From Botryllus schlosseri (taxonomy: Eukaryota), in contig CM119372.1 of NCBI GenBank assembly GCA_051294905.1, positions 5,830,001 to 5,894,000 of the forward strand: DNA of 64,000 nt. Direction: 5' to 3'. Shown one piece after another: positions 27,324 through 40,884 of the stretch. Within the stretch, counting starts at the first letter, position 1. Every line of letters begins with the position of its first letter. Made by a program: the position numbers and the translations under genes. The notes beneath the pieces were generated by a model, which searched no databases, had not been told where the DNA came from, and saw only the letters and a list, made by a program, of their open reading frames with translations.

Positions 27324-27840
27324 ATTTGAATCGAGTCACCTCCGAAAATCGAGTGACTTTACTTGACTTGACTCGAGTCACCTTCAAACATAGAGTGACT
27401 TGACTTGACCCAAGTCAAAATGTGCAATGACTCGAACTGACTTGTGATTGAAGGCAGTGACTTGATCCCAGCATTGTCACAAACCAAATTTCCCTCTTAA
27501 TGCCACTCGAAATTCGCAATGTAAATATGAGATCTGTACCATAATTCCAAGTCGATATCTCCATTCGGAATTATGCTTTCTCTAGCTTTGTGTCGCTAGA
27601 TGCGGTCCAAGTAATCAAAAGATGATACTTCAATGGAAATAGAAGTATTTGATTACTATTCCACTCAATCACAAGCAGAAATGGGGCAGCTTTCGGATGC
27701 TAATGCGTCGAAGAATTTCGTTAGTCGATCTCTTGTGACAGCCTTCACCGAAAGATGAACTTTCGGTATCAGCGTGAAATGACTCACGAGACTCGGCTTC
27801 CATATGACATATAGATGTTCGGTAGTTTGTGACCTTATAT

Positions 27841-28680
27841 TAGGGTTGCCATACGTCCGGAATTTCTCGGACATGTCCGGATTTTGACTGTTAAATCTGC
27901 GTCCGGGAGGAATTTCTAAAATATGCCTAAATGTCAGGAATTTTGAAGTAAGCTCATAATTTTTTCCTAAATCAAGATAAATAATATTATTTTTGGGCAG
28001 ATTGATGCTACATGAAATTTTTGGGTCGCGCTGCGCGCAATTTAGTGTCACATATATTGGTCTTAATATCGGGACTACCAGCCTCGCAAAAATGCGATCA
28101 AAAAGAAATGAAAATAACATTCAGTCACAGAAATGAGTCTAATTGTTATCGCAATTACAAGATAACGGTATCTTCATAGAGTCGGTTCAGGCCGTTTGGA
28201 CATGACTTAACGAAGTACAATTACGCTCCTTGCATTTCGGAAGTCATCATCATCCACCAGCTCTACCGCAAACTTTGATCATGTGGGCGGAGAGAGGATC
28301 AAATTATATAGTAATATATGGAAGAACCATTATTATTGACATATTTCATCCAAATCATTTAATGACCAGATGCATATAGTAAGCCCCAGAAGTTGCATCG
28401 ATTACGATGGGCTCAAGATCAGTGTTTATTTGGGCTGGGTGGGGCCATGGCCTACTAAGGCCATGGTGGGGCTGAAAAAATGTGGCTTCGGCCCTGGTTA
28501 TAACCTACAACACACAACCACATACTCCTAAACCGGATCGGGACCACCTCTAGTCGATAGACAAAGCTTTGCTGGTGTGACGTCATATTGATCCACAATG
28601 TGTTCATTTCTCATTTTAAAATCCGCTAGTGGGCGCTGAAGAGCGTCCGGAATTGGGATTACAAAAATATGGTAACCCTA
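27841..28680. mobile_element. TAGGGTT(A/G)CCATA-family element
   Basis: TIRs present; perfect TSD CCTTATAT. Confidence 0.9.
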
Positions 28681-29059
28681 CCTTATATACCTATGATACC
28701 GGTTCAGGCCTTTGGTATATTGACTCGAATGGACAGTCGTTTTACAGTCCTACAATAGACACGTTTCTGGCGCACAAATCCATAGCAGCTATTCACCATT
28801 TTTCGGAAATAGGCTACTCACCTATACCCAGCCACACATGACGGTAATTCGAAATTCGTTCGCAACATCACTCTCTATGAAAATTTACGATGCACCAATA
28901 AGCTATTACAAGTGGACGACAAACGTAGCTACTTGATTAATTTTCACAAATTGACAAATTCTTGAGTAGGCCTGCATATAAAATAATAGAGGATGTTTTT
29001 GCGACATATACACAGACTCATTATACACATACACACGATCTGCGCATATGCATATACCA

Positions 29060-29298
29060 TGAGTGAATGATGTGCATATGCCGCTGGACAAGAAAGTGCA
29101 GATTAAGCCTTTTTACGGCTTTCTAAGTCTTGCACCACCCCTCCATGCTGTCCCAGTAATGCATGAGCGCCAAGCAGGGAAGCCATGAATACCAGTGTTA
29201 CTAATCAGGTCTTTGGTCTGACCCGGCCGGGGATCGAACCCACGACCTACCGTACCGATCAAGAAGCCGGACGCTTCACCATTACGCTATCTTGTCGG
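29060..29298 (-). mobile_element. tRNA-derived SINE
   Basis: Minus strand TAGCGTAATGG (A box) ... GGTTCGATCCC (B box). Confidence 0.65.
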
Positions 29299-29808
29299 TT
29301 CAGCGGTAGAATTAGGCTATACTTCGTTACGAACATCCTCCAAATTTGAATGCGCATCTTACGAAATTCGATGTCAAAATGTACATAAAAATCATGCACT
29401 TAATTACACTTTCCACCAACATTCCTACTCAAATAACCTAAGGCACAATATTTGCAGACCTGCGCATTGCACATAACAGATGTTGTTACTAGCAAAATAC
29501 AAGTACCCGCGATTAGTCTTTCCTAGTTGGATAGATTTCGTCATTATAAAGTTTCGTTTGTTGTGTAGCGAGAATTATGCGCGTCGTCAATTGTTCCGTA
29601 GCGCATTATAGGTTGATGAGCATTGTCCAAGGACAGGGGCTGAGCTTTCATAGAACATATGAATTTTAAGGTCTTTGACCGTATACCTAATAACCTGCGT
29701 CAGGAATGCTCTTTAAACTTATGTCGCGGGATATAATTTTTTATACATATATTCCATATAGTGCCTTGCCTTGAACCCAATCGTTATCTTTATCCTGACT
29801 TTATTCAG

Positions 29809-30018
29809 CGGTGACATGTACTGAAGATCCTCACTTTTCTAATGGAGCTGTCGATGCACCATGCCAGTCCAACAGTACCTCCGGTACCTCATGTTATATA
29901 ACATGCAACGAAGGCTATTATTTGAGCGGCAATGGATATGTAACATGTGTCGACACTAATGTAACAGATGATACAAACGAAGACGGGAAGTGGAACTACG
30001 GAGACACTGCATGTACAC
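29809..30018 (+). CDS. Divergent Sushi/CCP exon I (210 bp)
   Basis: ttcag|CGGTGACATGT...TGTACAC|gtaaga; VTCTEDPHFSNG...DTNVTDDTNEDGKWNYGDTACT. Confidence 0.88.
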
Positions 30019-30319
30019 GTAAGAAACCTATATATAAAGCCAGATATTTTTCAGATGTTGCATGACAAACTCCATTTCTATTCACTACATATAAGTCGAT
30101 AGTGCCGAAAATGGGTCAATACAAAGATGGCATTTGGCGAAAAGGGGAACTATTACCTTAGTTGCAAAAAAAACGCTCAAACATTTCCTTTCAATTACTT
30201 TTCATTCCCGAATGACTTTTCTCCTCGAGAAAAGCATATATATAGTTGTGTCGCTAGCTCAACGAAATACGTTAATGTATCAGATAATCATGTCGGATTA
30301 GTATGTATATCGATTAGTT

Positions 30320-32632
30320 CAGTGCTTTTCAACCCGTGTGACGGTTCGCACTAGTGCGAATGAAAAAAAATTCAGTGCGAATGACGAGCGTGGTGCGAAT
30401 GGTGCGAATGAAAAATCCGGATGAGTGCGAACGGCAAGCGTGGTGCGAATGGTGCGAATGAAAATTCCGGATGAGTGCGAATGAAAATTGTCCATGTTTC
30501 TCACTTTTTCCGACGTGGAATATTTCGAAAAAACACGATATTAAGTACAGTGAGCCCGTAACTTTTGTCGTTTGGAAGCAATTCTAAAAACTTGTTGGTA
30601 GCTAGGCTTTTCTAGTTCACAAGTGAGGAACGCTCCCGATGCGTGTATTGAGATAATATTTCCGCGCGAGAGGATTACGTCACTGCTCACTTGCTCACTT
30701 GTTCGGAAGCATCCACCGTGTATGGATATTGTATACGGACCTTATTGTAGGAATGTAGGTAATAGTAGCTGATGCTAGTGTTGACATTTGCCATATTTGA
30801 ATGCAAAATATTGGAATTTTGGCACACATTCATGTTGGTTAACAGAAGAATTTAGCGTTTCTTCAACTATAACAATTAGCACATTAGATCTATAACAAGT
30901 GTTGTTTACTCGTGTACCTAACCAAGGAGTAGAGGCTGTTGTAAATAAATTAGTGTAAGCACATTAGTGTCTTACGTCCAATGAATATTTATCTTGCATC
31001 ACATCGAATTATTTAGTCACTGGACAGTTTAACTACTGACCAGTGCAATGGCCTGTTTGTAATGCGAACTCCACAATTTAGGCTTAGACACGCTTTGCTG
31101 TTCCTGGACTGATGATCTCAGGCCAAGTCTGTATCGTAAAGGCATAGGCCTTTATATAACATATTGGCGATTCCACTAAGCTTGCTGATCCATAGGAAAA
31201 GTTTGCCTAGTTCGTGTTCGTACCGCCTTTGTACTACAAACTTTGTAATACTCCGAACTCTACCGGTTTAGCTTGAGCAGATGAGCAGTGAGCAGTCTGA
31301 GCACCCTCTGCAGAGCAAAATCAAATCCACCAAGTCGTATGTCTTACGATATTCCTTATGCAGCCTAATTTAAGCTTAATTAGACTGTTGAACCTTATTA
31401 CTCTTTATGTATAAGGATATGTGGGAGAGTGAAGATAATTTAATTAAAATAAATTATTTCAGTCAGTTTTTCAATATTGTACGATTGACCTAAGAGTCAT
31501 CCCGCAGTTGGCTAGCCGGGCCGATATAACTGTGTGTTAATCATGAATCTTATGCGAGTAATAATTATTCAAGGTGAAAGTGTTGGCTTTGACAACACAA
31601 GGATGCCGAACGTTGTTATTGAAAGATATGTTGATTTGTGTACTGGATAGATAAGAAGTGAATCTGAATGAAGCCTAAGCTTATCCATAAACAACAGTCA
31701 TCAATTACTCGGATTGTGTGGGTTTGTATGGCAATGCATTCCTGATTTTAACGCCCACCGTACCATCCAATCGTCTAACATTAGGGTTACCATATTTTGG
31801 AATCGGGAAAGGAGGACACTATTTCAAAATTTTCAAACACACAATACCGGTGGAACTCCTGAAAAAGTGGTAAATTTTTACCGCTTCGTAGTCGGTTCAC
31901 TGAAATAAAAAAAAAGGTCAACTTTCACTAAGCCACCGAAATACCCTCCGGAGCGTCACTTCGGTGCTGATTTACGACATTTAAGTCGAATTTCGCTATA
32001 AATTTGACAAAAATCCCTAAAAAAATAGAGGATAAAATCTCAGAAAGGAGGACATTTAGGCGTCCTCCGAGGACATTTTCAAAAACCCGAAAAAGGAGGA
32101 CGTATGGCAACCCTATCTAACATACCTTAGTAAGCGAAGCATCTTTTCGATTGTCGTCAGTAAAATGAACCAAAGGTGCTAGTCGCAACATTGATGCTAC
32201 GATTCAGGTGCAGTTTCACTATTTTGTGCGTTCTAAATGCAAACACATTCACATCGCTATGACGTGACATGTGGATTTAGTGGCAAAGTGATATTGTTGC
32301 GAGTGAATAATGTTCCTGGGTTCGCCCTTTAAGCTTCCAAGGAAATCACAGCACGTTAACCCCGGAAAATGCAACGAACTTCTTGAGAACAACGGGATTG
32401 CGATATCTGTGATTTTTTCTACTGCAGTGATTTTAGTGCTTGATTAGTCAATAATACGATACGCTGAATGCAAAATAATGAAGCTCTGTGTACCTCCAAG
32501 AAGCTCTTCGAATACAAAAATGATAAGTTTCTTCATTTTCTTTTCGTGTACTAAATTTCGGCTGACTGGTGCGAATGAAATTATTTTTCAAAAAAAAGTG
32601 CGAATGGAGCTCAAAAAGGTTGAAAAGCACTG
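30320..32632. mobile_element. Non-autonomous hAT element with GTGCGAATG subterminal repeats
   Basis: TIR CAGTGCTTTTCAACC; perfect TSD GATTAGTT. Confidence 0.92.
31782..32115. mobile_element. Nested TAGGGTT-type MITE
   Basis: TAGGGTTACCATA / TATGGCAACCCTA; perfect TSD TCTAACAT. Confidence 0.9.
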
Positions 32633-32671
32633 GATTAGTTCAAAATGCTCGTCCTTTTATAAACTTCACAG

Positions 32672-32881
32672 CCATTACCTGCGAGACATCTCCGGAAGTA
32701 CAGAGCGGGTATATCGCAGATGGATGTCACAGTGGAAGTCTATATGATGCTACATGTCATGTTACCTGCTATTATGGTTATTATATCAGGGGGGATGAAG
32801 TCGTCACGTGTATCGATATACCGGATTCAGGTGATACAAACAAAGAAGGCGAATGGAACTACGGTGGCATAAACTGTACAG
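32672..32881 (+). CDS. Sushi/CCP exon J (210 bp)
   Basis: cacag|CCATT...ACAG|gtatta; ITCETSPEVQSG...GEWNYGGINCT. Confidence 0.88.
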
Positions 32882-33432
32882 GTATTAATTAGGGCATGAT
32901 TATCGTTATGCTCACATATTCTGTTCAGTCCTACTATTAGAGTTAAACGTTAAACATAAGATGACGAATGTGAAATATTGTTGCCTCCCCTATCGTCATA
33001 CCCAAAAATATTGAAATGAGAAACCAGAATGTTTGTAATGCAAACGCATTGTTTGGGGCATGGAAGGTGCAGTGTGACTGTCGTTGCCAAACGCGAATAT
33101 TGCAATAATTTTATGACTACATTCATTGCAGTATAATTTATTACATGCGTTTTATTAGCTATGACTACGCGCAGTTACTGGTACAGCTTATCTGCGACGT
33201 ACCTCACTAGTTTGTTCACTGTACAAACCAGACATTTCATAGTTCACAAACAATTCACATATTGTTAAACATGACAGTATAGAGACGACAATCGATGCAT
33301 ATTACATTTCATGTCCCTTTAGGCAAGGGGTTCCAAAACTAGGGTATGCATATCCCAAAGTAACTTCGGGGGTACGAGAGCAATTTCATGCATTATGATG
33401 ACTGATTAGTCAATTTTCCTAATTCATTTTAG

Positions 33433-33639
33433 CTATGAAGTGTGGAGTAGCTCCTTATATTCCGAATGGATTGTATAGGGAGGGATGCCCCTCTGATACA
33501 GAAGTCAATACAACGTGCACCATAACGTGTAACGATGGGTATTATCGGAATGGAAGTAACACAGTTGAATGCATTGATGCCGACCTGGAGAGCAATACCA
33601 ATGTGGATGGAGAATGGAATTACGATACTGCATGTATAC
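33433..33639 (+). CDS. Sushi/CCP exon K, second subtype (207 bp)
   Basis: tttag|CTATGAAGTGT...ATAC|gtaagt; MKCGVAPYIPNG...DADLESNTNVDGEWNYDTACI. Confidence 0.88.
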
Positions 33640-33964
33640 GTAAGTTGTATATTATGTTGTGGTGTACTTCCGATTAAATTTCAGAAGTTATATAGATTAT
33701 TGCAATGTCTAATTTGTGCACTCATATTAATATCTACGAAAATGGGTCAAATACAGATCCTATTTCGTGAAAAATTACTTGGTAATTTGCATGGGATTCT
33801 CCAACATTCGTTTCTTGCTTGACTCTCCTCCCGTAGAATAGCATATCTACGTTTCAAGTTTGCAAATTGAATGAAACGGAAAATCGTGTAAGTTCAGTAT
33901 AGCCTATGTAGCCTTGTTCACAACTTTTTAAAATTTTGACTCTACACTAAATTAATCTTAACAG

Positions 33965-34174
33965 CCATTACCTGTGAGACATCTCCGAACGTACCGAACG
34001 GGTTTATAGCAAATGAATGTGACGGTGGAAGTGAATACAATGAAACATGCCAAGTAACCTGTTATGCGGGTTACTATATTAGTGGGGAGGAAAAGATCAC
34101 GTGTGTCGATGAGCCTGACCCAGATGACACAAACACAGAAGGCGAGTGGAATTACGGTGGCACAACGTGTACAG
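33965..34174 (+). CDS. Sushi/CCP exon L (210 bp)
   Basis: aacag|CCATT...ACAG|gtatat; open frame ITCETSPNVPNGFIANEC... (not in the ORF track). Confidence 0.88.
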
Positions 34175-34204
34175 GTATATTAACTATATATAAAGATATG
34201 ATTG

Positions 34205-34750
34205 CACCATGTAACAAGATTTTTGTTCCTGGGTTCTAATTGCTATTTCCTGATCAGTGTCACCTAGAAACTTCAAAAAATCAATATAGTTCATTCTTCA
34301 TTCCAAACTTTGTTTTTGTGGTTAGAGGGTAACTTTTTGAATTTGCTAGTATGTGCAATATTGTGCATGATTATGGTTATACTAATCTACCCTATAGGAA
34401 ATTGATATTTACAAATTGTCTTTGACCGCTGGTACATGGTACATTGGAATTTGCACATACCTGTATTAACTGTATCCGAATCAAAGTTAAATGCAAAACT
34501 AAATAAATATTTCAGGCAAACATAGTTCAAGTATAAAATCAGTTAAAACGGAATGTTTTGCTGGATTTCACCGTGTAACACGGTTTTTGTTCCCAGGTTT
34601 TTCATTGATATTTCCTGATCTTTCTCACCTAGAAACTTCCAAAAACCAATATAGTTCATTCCAAGCATTGATTTTGTGGTTAGGAGAGTAATTTTTTGAA
34701 TTTGCTAGTATGTGCAATATTGTGCATGGTTATACTGATTAACCCTATAG
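34205..34750. repeat. About 180-bp local duplication (about 34205-34395 and 34570-34750)
   Basis: TGTAACA...TTTTTGTTCC...CACCTAGAAACTTC...GAATTTGCTAGTATGTGCAATATTGTGCATG appears twice. Confidence 0.75.
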
Positions 34751-37259
34751 CGATGGTCACGAGTCATATATGACTCTTTTGGGTATAAGATATGGCTCTT
34801 TGACAAACTGTTAATTTTGTATTCAATTTATCAATATTGCAGCAACTTGTTGGTAAATTTTCATGACGGACAGAATATTTATTCTTGTCGCAGCATCAAC
34901 ATGTCTTTGAGAGGTCAAGATAGTGTGGTTTACAGGGATAGAGGGGCTCGTATCCCCCCTCTTCAAAATTCCAAAGTTTGAGTTGATGTCGCGCCGGCGA
35001 CTAACGCCACTCGCGAATTCGATCTACCCGACATCGCGCGCCCCGAAATCTTGGATTGCACGATACCATGATTGTTCAAAGAGAATAGCAGGCATGGCGA
35101 CGCTTGTAGTACAATGCTGTTTTCAAATGCACATTGTATTCCTGATCTAAGCCGAGAAATAAACTGCCTTGAAAGTAACTTTCAAAAATTACAAAATAAA
35201 ATTAAAAAACGACATAGCTATCCATGTTCGTGATTGGCAAGTAGCTTCCTAGCACCGCCGTAAATGTATGTGTGTAGCAAAACGTTATGTTATGCCGAAT
35301 ATACTTTAGTACAGTGGTTCTCAACCGGGTGTCCGCGAACCCTTTAGAATTGCAAAATGATTGAAAACCGAATTTGCAAGTTTTTTAAACTACGGGGAAA
35401 TCACAAACCAGTTTCGCTTCATAACTGCTGAAACATCACGAGTCACATCAACAGAATGGCCGTCTGGTATGAAATATCCTATACTTTGCCAATTCATTTC
35501 AATTGCCAAATTGCCAATAGCCTACTGACACAAACATATAGCTATTTAGAGATGTTTTGTTTGAGTTTCTGGAAAAAATAAAAAGTTTGAGTACTAAGTC
35601 CGATTCGGCTGACTTCGAAATGTTTGTAAAACATTTTGGATTTGAAGTTTTCAGCCTCAGCAATTTACTGAACATTCGTTTGAAATAAAAATTCTGAAGA
35701 CGTTTTCGTAATCTGTACAAATATAGAGATTGAAACCGTGCTGCGATATACATAATCATAGTATTCCAGAATAACTTCAAGATGAGCTAGTAGATAGAAA
35801 TGACGAGGCTGGATGTGATATGTGCAGTAATAAATCTGTTTCTCAATTTTCGTCCCAAATATGTTGCGATCATAGCCAAAGCTGTCGTCGGGAGGTTTAC
35901 GCATTAATATTGTATTCACTATACCATCTCTGTAGAAATGGGTCATCCGCACTCGTCTGGCGATAAGCGGTAAATCTTTTGTTAAATATACAACAACAAT
36001 ATCAAATCGATTTTCAAGACACGTCCACGTATTTCAAGAAATTCAGCTGCAGAATTCGCTTTGAAAAAATATTCTACCGAATTTCCACTTATAGTATGTT
36101 ATTTTCAGGAAAAGTCATATGTTGCTGTTTATCTAGTTAGTTAGCCATCTATCTAGTTTACAGGACGACGACATAACATATCGATCTCGCCTTCTTGCCA
36201 CTTTGTCGTCACCTGTCCTTCTATAAATTTTATTGATTTATTTTTCATTTAGTGTGCACTGTGCATGTCTCCTTTTTACATCGCCTAGGCCCAGGTGAGT
36301 GTCTGACTTCGAAGACTACTCCAAGTCGTTTCGATACCTTCCTATCTTTCGCTGTATCGCAGTCTTGTGGTTAGGGTTGTGTTTAAATAGGGTCACCATA
36401 TTTTGGAATCGGGAAAGGAAGACATTTTTTCAAAATTTTCAAACGAACACCGGAGAAAAATCTGGAAAAAATGGCATATTTTTCCGGGTCGGTTGACTAA
36501 AAAAAAGGTCAACTTTCCGTCTCAGCTACAGAAAGACATTTTTTCTTTGACACTATGAGTTGGTTGACTAAAACAAAAGGTCGTCGCTCTCATTCGAACC
36601 TATTTATGCCCATTCTCACTACAAACTGTCCACTATATTAGCTCTAGAACGTGTAAAGGAGGAGGAATTGCCAAAAAAGAAGGATATTTGGGAGTCCTAA
36701 CGTTGCAGCAATTGAATCAGTTTTATGTCAACCCCCTATTATATATTCAAAATAATCAATTGGAATATAATATTAATAACTTATCTTAAAGTAAAATTGG
36801 TTCTTGTACTATTTTCGGTTGTAAGCAATTTAGTGCAGTTTTTCGAAAGGTTCCAGCAATAGTCTGCCATAACATATGTTCGTCGCATCTGCACTGATAT
36901 CTTTCTTCTGTTACTTTGACGTGTTGGTGGAACCTTTCCCCTTTCTATTTCCTCTAATCAACAATATTATCAGAAAATATATCAAGATGACTGAACAGGA
37001 AGTGAGATTTAATGCTCATGTTTGCTTCAAGGTTTCCATATGCAGATACCAATTTTCGGACAAGCTGTTTGTAGTTGGGTGCTTTGTGACCTTACAATTT
37101 TTTTTATTTACTACAGCCTAGAAGGGATTACATGCAGTGAGCACCTTTCTTAATATGAAATTGTAATCCTTAGTCCGTATTCGAATCGGAGCCCCATCAA
37201 AGATTCCAGATTTAAGCTTCTCGTTTGATATGGATACTAGGTATACCCACTTTGTTGGC

Positions 37260-37775
37260 TTAACGAACAATTATCCATTTACAAGTGAAAAGAGATGAGA
37301 CGCATATGAGTATTTTAGTTGAGTTTTCCAGGGACAAACTTGGTATAGCTTTATACTCCTCTCTCATCTTTGTAGAATGACCAATTGGTACAGTAGAAAA
37401 TATTTTTCCATTGTGCAAAAGTACAATTTTTAGGCTTGACAAACTGCTTTTTTAACAAACAAAAGTTCTCGCATAAGGTCATGTTAATATTGATGGAATA
37501 ACTGATAACGACATGAGTGTTCAACTGTTCATCATAGTCAATTATCTATTTATGCGCAGTAGAAAAGTAAAAAAATCTAAGATTTACTTCGTACCAAGTG
37601 AAATATTCAAGGGTTAATACAGTGATTTTAAGCTATTTTAGGGGTATAAATATCTTATTTTCTAGAGCCAATCTGCCAAAACTAATGTGATATTCGTAAT
37701 CAGCAACCTTGAAAACCCCAGAAACAGCTCCTAGATGTTCTGCCAAATTTTTTTTCTTCATTTTGTTGACCAGTG
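37260..37775 (-). mobile_element. Chapaev3-like transposon remnant (5' terminus plus transposase fragment)
   Basis: SSLKIVLLHNGKIFSTVPIGHS peptide; terminus CACTGGTCAACAAAA (minus strand) next to TAA. Confidence 0.65.
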
Positions 37776-37817
37776 TAATCATTGAAGGTTTTTCTTCACT
37801 CATCCCTGACTAGATGT

Positions 37818-39813
37818 CAGGGCTGTGGAGTCAGTAAATTTTACCATCGACTCTAACTCCGACTCCGGCTCCACACATTCTCAATGGATCGACTCCGACT
37901 CCGACTTCTGAGTCTTTAAACGTACGGACTTCGACTCCGACTCCAACCCCGACTCCAACAGTATTACCAATTTACTTCGAAAATTATATGCCACAGTGAC
38001 GGTTAAATGACTATCATATAACCATTAAACATATACAAATATTATGATTAACGATGACATGCAAAATGGTTTCATTGTGGCACAGCTCGAATTAATCAGT
38101 ATGCATGAAATATTGCCTTTCTAAATATCCTTCCTTTTGTCTTATTTTATCAGTTTGTATAACATGGTCTCTCTAATAACCTAATATGTATGAATCTTTC
38201 AAACACGACATATATCCAATCCTGTGTAATTAAAATGTAGATAAAACAATCGAAGTGTTGCTCTTGTGTATGAGTCAGCAACTTATACACAGATGCATCT
38301 CACTAAATTTCCCATTACACACTGTACTTATTGCAAGCACATACACTGTCACTACTAATAGACATTGGTTATAAACGAAATTTAAGAAGTAGTCAAATAG
38401 CATATGTCTAGTCTACATGCACTTGGTCAAGTGTTCAAGGACGAGGACTTGCAGTGTTTCATAATCATTTGTTCGACCCAAGCAGCTACAAGCTACACTA
38501 CAAATATTTTTAATTTTGTCAAGTAGGAAGCAGAGTTTCGTTATATTTACATCAATTTTACAGCCAGACGATATGTTTGCTCTGTCAAAATATCATGGTA
38601 TAATTCCAAAAATTGCATCAATTTGTGACCGCATCGCGAAGCTGCATATTGCTTCTTTCTTCCTCTATGCTACTGAATTGTAATTTGCAAATATTGTCCA
38701 ATTTTATCTATGTCAGGGGTGGCCAACCTTCTCGGCGAAAGGGCCACATGAGATTCACGAACCATTGCTCGGACAACTTAAACGTTGATAACCTTTTTTT
38801 TAGTCGTCCATTAGGAACGAACCGAATTACGTAACATTGAAAACAAGACTGTGACATGTGACTACGTCTTAGAATTGAAAACAATTATGTCATGAAAACT
38901 CAGTGTGCAGCTGTACATAGTGTGCACTGTGCAGCCATGCGCTGGTCGCGCGAGGCGCGAAATTTCTTCAAGGGTAATGAATGAATTCGATCATTTGGCA
39001 AGGACAGGATTATTCAGCGTTTTAAACATAGCAATATCGACGGTTTCTGTCATTTTGTGCAAATGTTTCATCGCCGACGACCTCGCTTCGAGCGCACAAG
39101 CGATGTCGAATGTTGGACGACACGCTATCTCCTAATTGCGAGTATAGTTGCGACTCAATTCTGTAAATTACGCGTATTTATAATTTCCAGGAGGGGTTCT
39201 AATACTAAATGCAGGAAATGTGACAATAAATCATGCGAAGTGCTAAATAAAATTTCAAGTCAAATAAGTCTGCTACGGAATATTCTACTTAATGGTTATA
39301 TAAGAAGATCTGCGATTAATGTGGCTGGCCCCTGGTTACGCCAATGCGTCGAAATTGATGTTTTAGTCATCATCATATTGCGCGGTCAGGCTAATCAAGT
39401 TTTTGTTGGCTTTGCGATTTTACCTGATGTTATATGTAATTTCGAGAATTACCTCGCAGGCCACACAAAACCTCATACCGGGCCACATTTGGCCTGTGTC
39501 GCACAGTTTGGCCGATCCTGATCTGTATCGTTACTAATAACAGTGATTGATGGTACATAAAAATCGTATTATAGTTATTATATTAGTACTTTAAAAATAC
39601 CTTTGTAAGTAATTGTTTTCATGATGAAGAAGTTGGAGTCGGAGTTGGAGTCGATGTCAGGGTCATTTTCACAAACTTCGACTCCGACTCCAGTCAGTAT
39701 TTTTTATATGACTCCGTCTCCGACTGCCACTAAACAGTTTTCACGACTTCGACTCCGACTTCATTAAGTGAAAATTAGTCAAACTCCGATTCCGACCCGA
39801 CTCCACAGCCCTG
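37818..39813. mobile_element. Non-autonomous element with GACTCC subterminal repeats and a nested MITE (38714-39520)
   Basis: TIR CAGGGCTGTGGAGTC; TSD CTAGATGT/CTACATGT. Confidence 0.85.
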
Positions 39814-40199
39814 CTACATGTGAGGCACTGCCTCACTTGCCTACCATAACCCGCGTCACTGACATATCACACCCTGCAGTGACTATTACTGCTGTAATGA
39901 CCATGTCTGTTATCCACCTATACTCATGTGATAAGAAAAATATGGCACATACTATGAATCCCAGATATTGCTGCTAACAATAAATCAAAAATTTTGAATG
40001 GTGACGTAACAGTTGATTGACATATATATGGCTCTTTGGGAGTTACAATTCAAAATATTGGGCCAATATGGCTCTTCGGTCGGAAAAGGTTACCGACCAC
40101 TGCTCTATACCAAATGGATGTTTACCAAACTGTCTTTGATCGCTGTAAGTCAACTTTTAATTGTTTGGCATCGACTAAGAAGTCATATTCTATTAATGT

Positions 40200-40884
40200 A
40201 TTTACTCATCGAGCTACTCGTGGATGGCAGCATGATCAAGGACAAGCTTGCAGTAGGAGAAAAGTTCAATCAATATTTTTGCAACATTGGTCCGGAACTT
40301 GCAGCTTCAATACCAAACTCCTCTAATGACTTTTTCTCATACTTGAGTCCTGGCCCTCAGAAATCCATTTTTCTTGAGCCGACAAGTAGAGGAGAAGTTG
40401 CGATCGTATTATCTGAAATGAAAAGTAACAATGCCGTAGGACCCGATCTCATCCCAACTCACTTTCTGAAGCTAGTCTTTAATATTATTGGTGATGTTAT
40501 GCATTTTCTTTAATGAGTCGATACGTATGGGCATTTTTCCAGACGCAGTGAAAACTGCCAGAGTAATATGCCAGTGTTTAAGAAAGGCTGTAAAAAACTA
40601 ATATCTAACTACCGACCGACCGATATCTGTTTCGTCAAATCTTGCCACGATTTTCGAGAAACTGATTGACTGCCGACTCAAAATTTTTTTTGAATTGAAT
40701 GCAGTACTGTCTCCGAGTCAGCATGGATTCAGATCAAATCACAACACCAACCATGCAGTACAATCAATTGTAACGGACTATTACAAAACCATCAAGCAAA
40801 AAAAAAGTGGCTGCAGCATTTTCATCGACCTCCGGAAAGCTTTCGACACTGCTAACCACAGAATCTTAAGATACAAGCTAGAAC
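40200..40884 (+). pseudogene. Degenerate non-LTR retrotransposon ORF2, 5' part
   Basis: FNQYFCNIG, AVGPDLIP, QHGFR, FIDLRKAFDT motifs with frameshifts. Confidence 0.85.

Larger units (their letters stand above)
21097..27476. mobile_element. Large nested non-autonomous element with GACTC/GACTT subterminal repeats
   Basis: CAGTGTTGGGAT / ATCCCAGCATTG; perfect TSD TCACAAAC; contains 22223-25854 and 25921-26731. Confidence 0.8.

Noticed and set aside
16920..29298. tRNA genes at about 16920-16998 and 29220-29298
   Set aside because: A and B boxes are present but there is no convincing acceptor stem, and they continue into a body sequence, so they are SINE heads.
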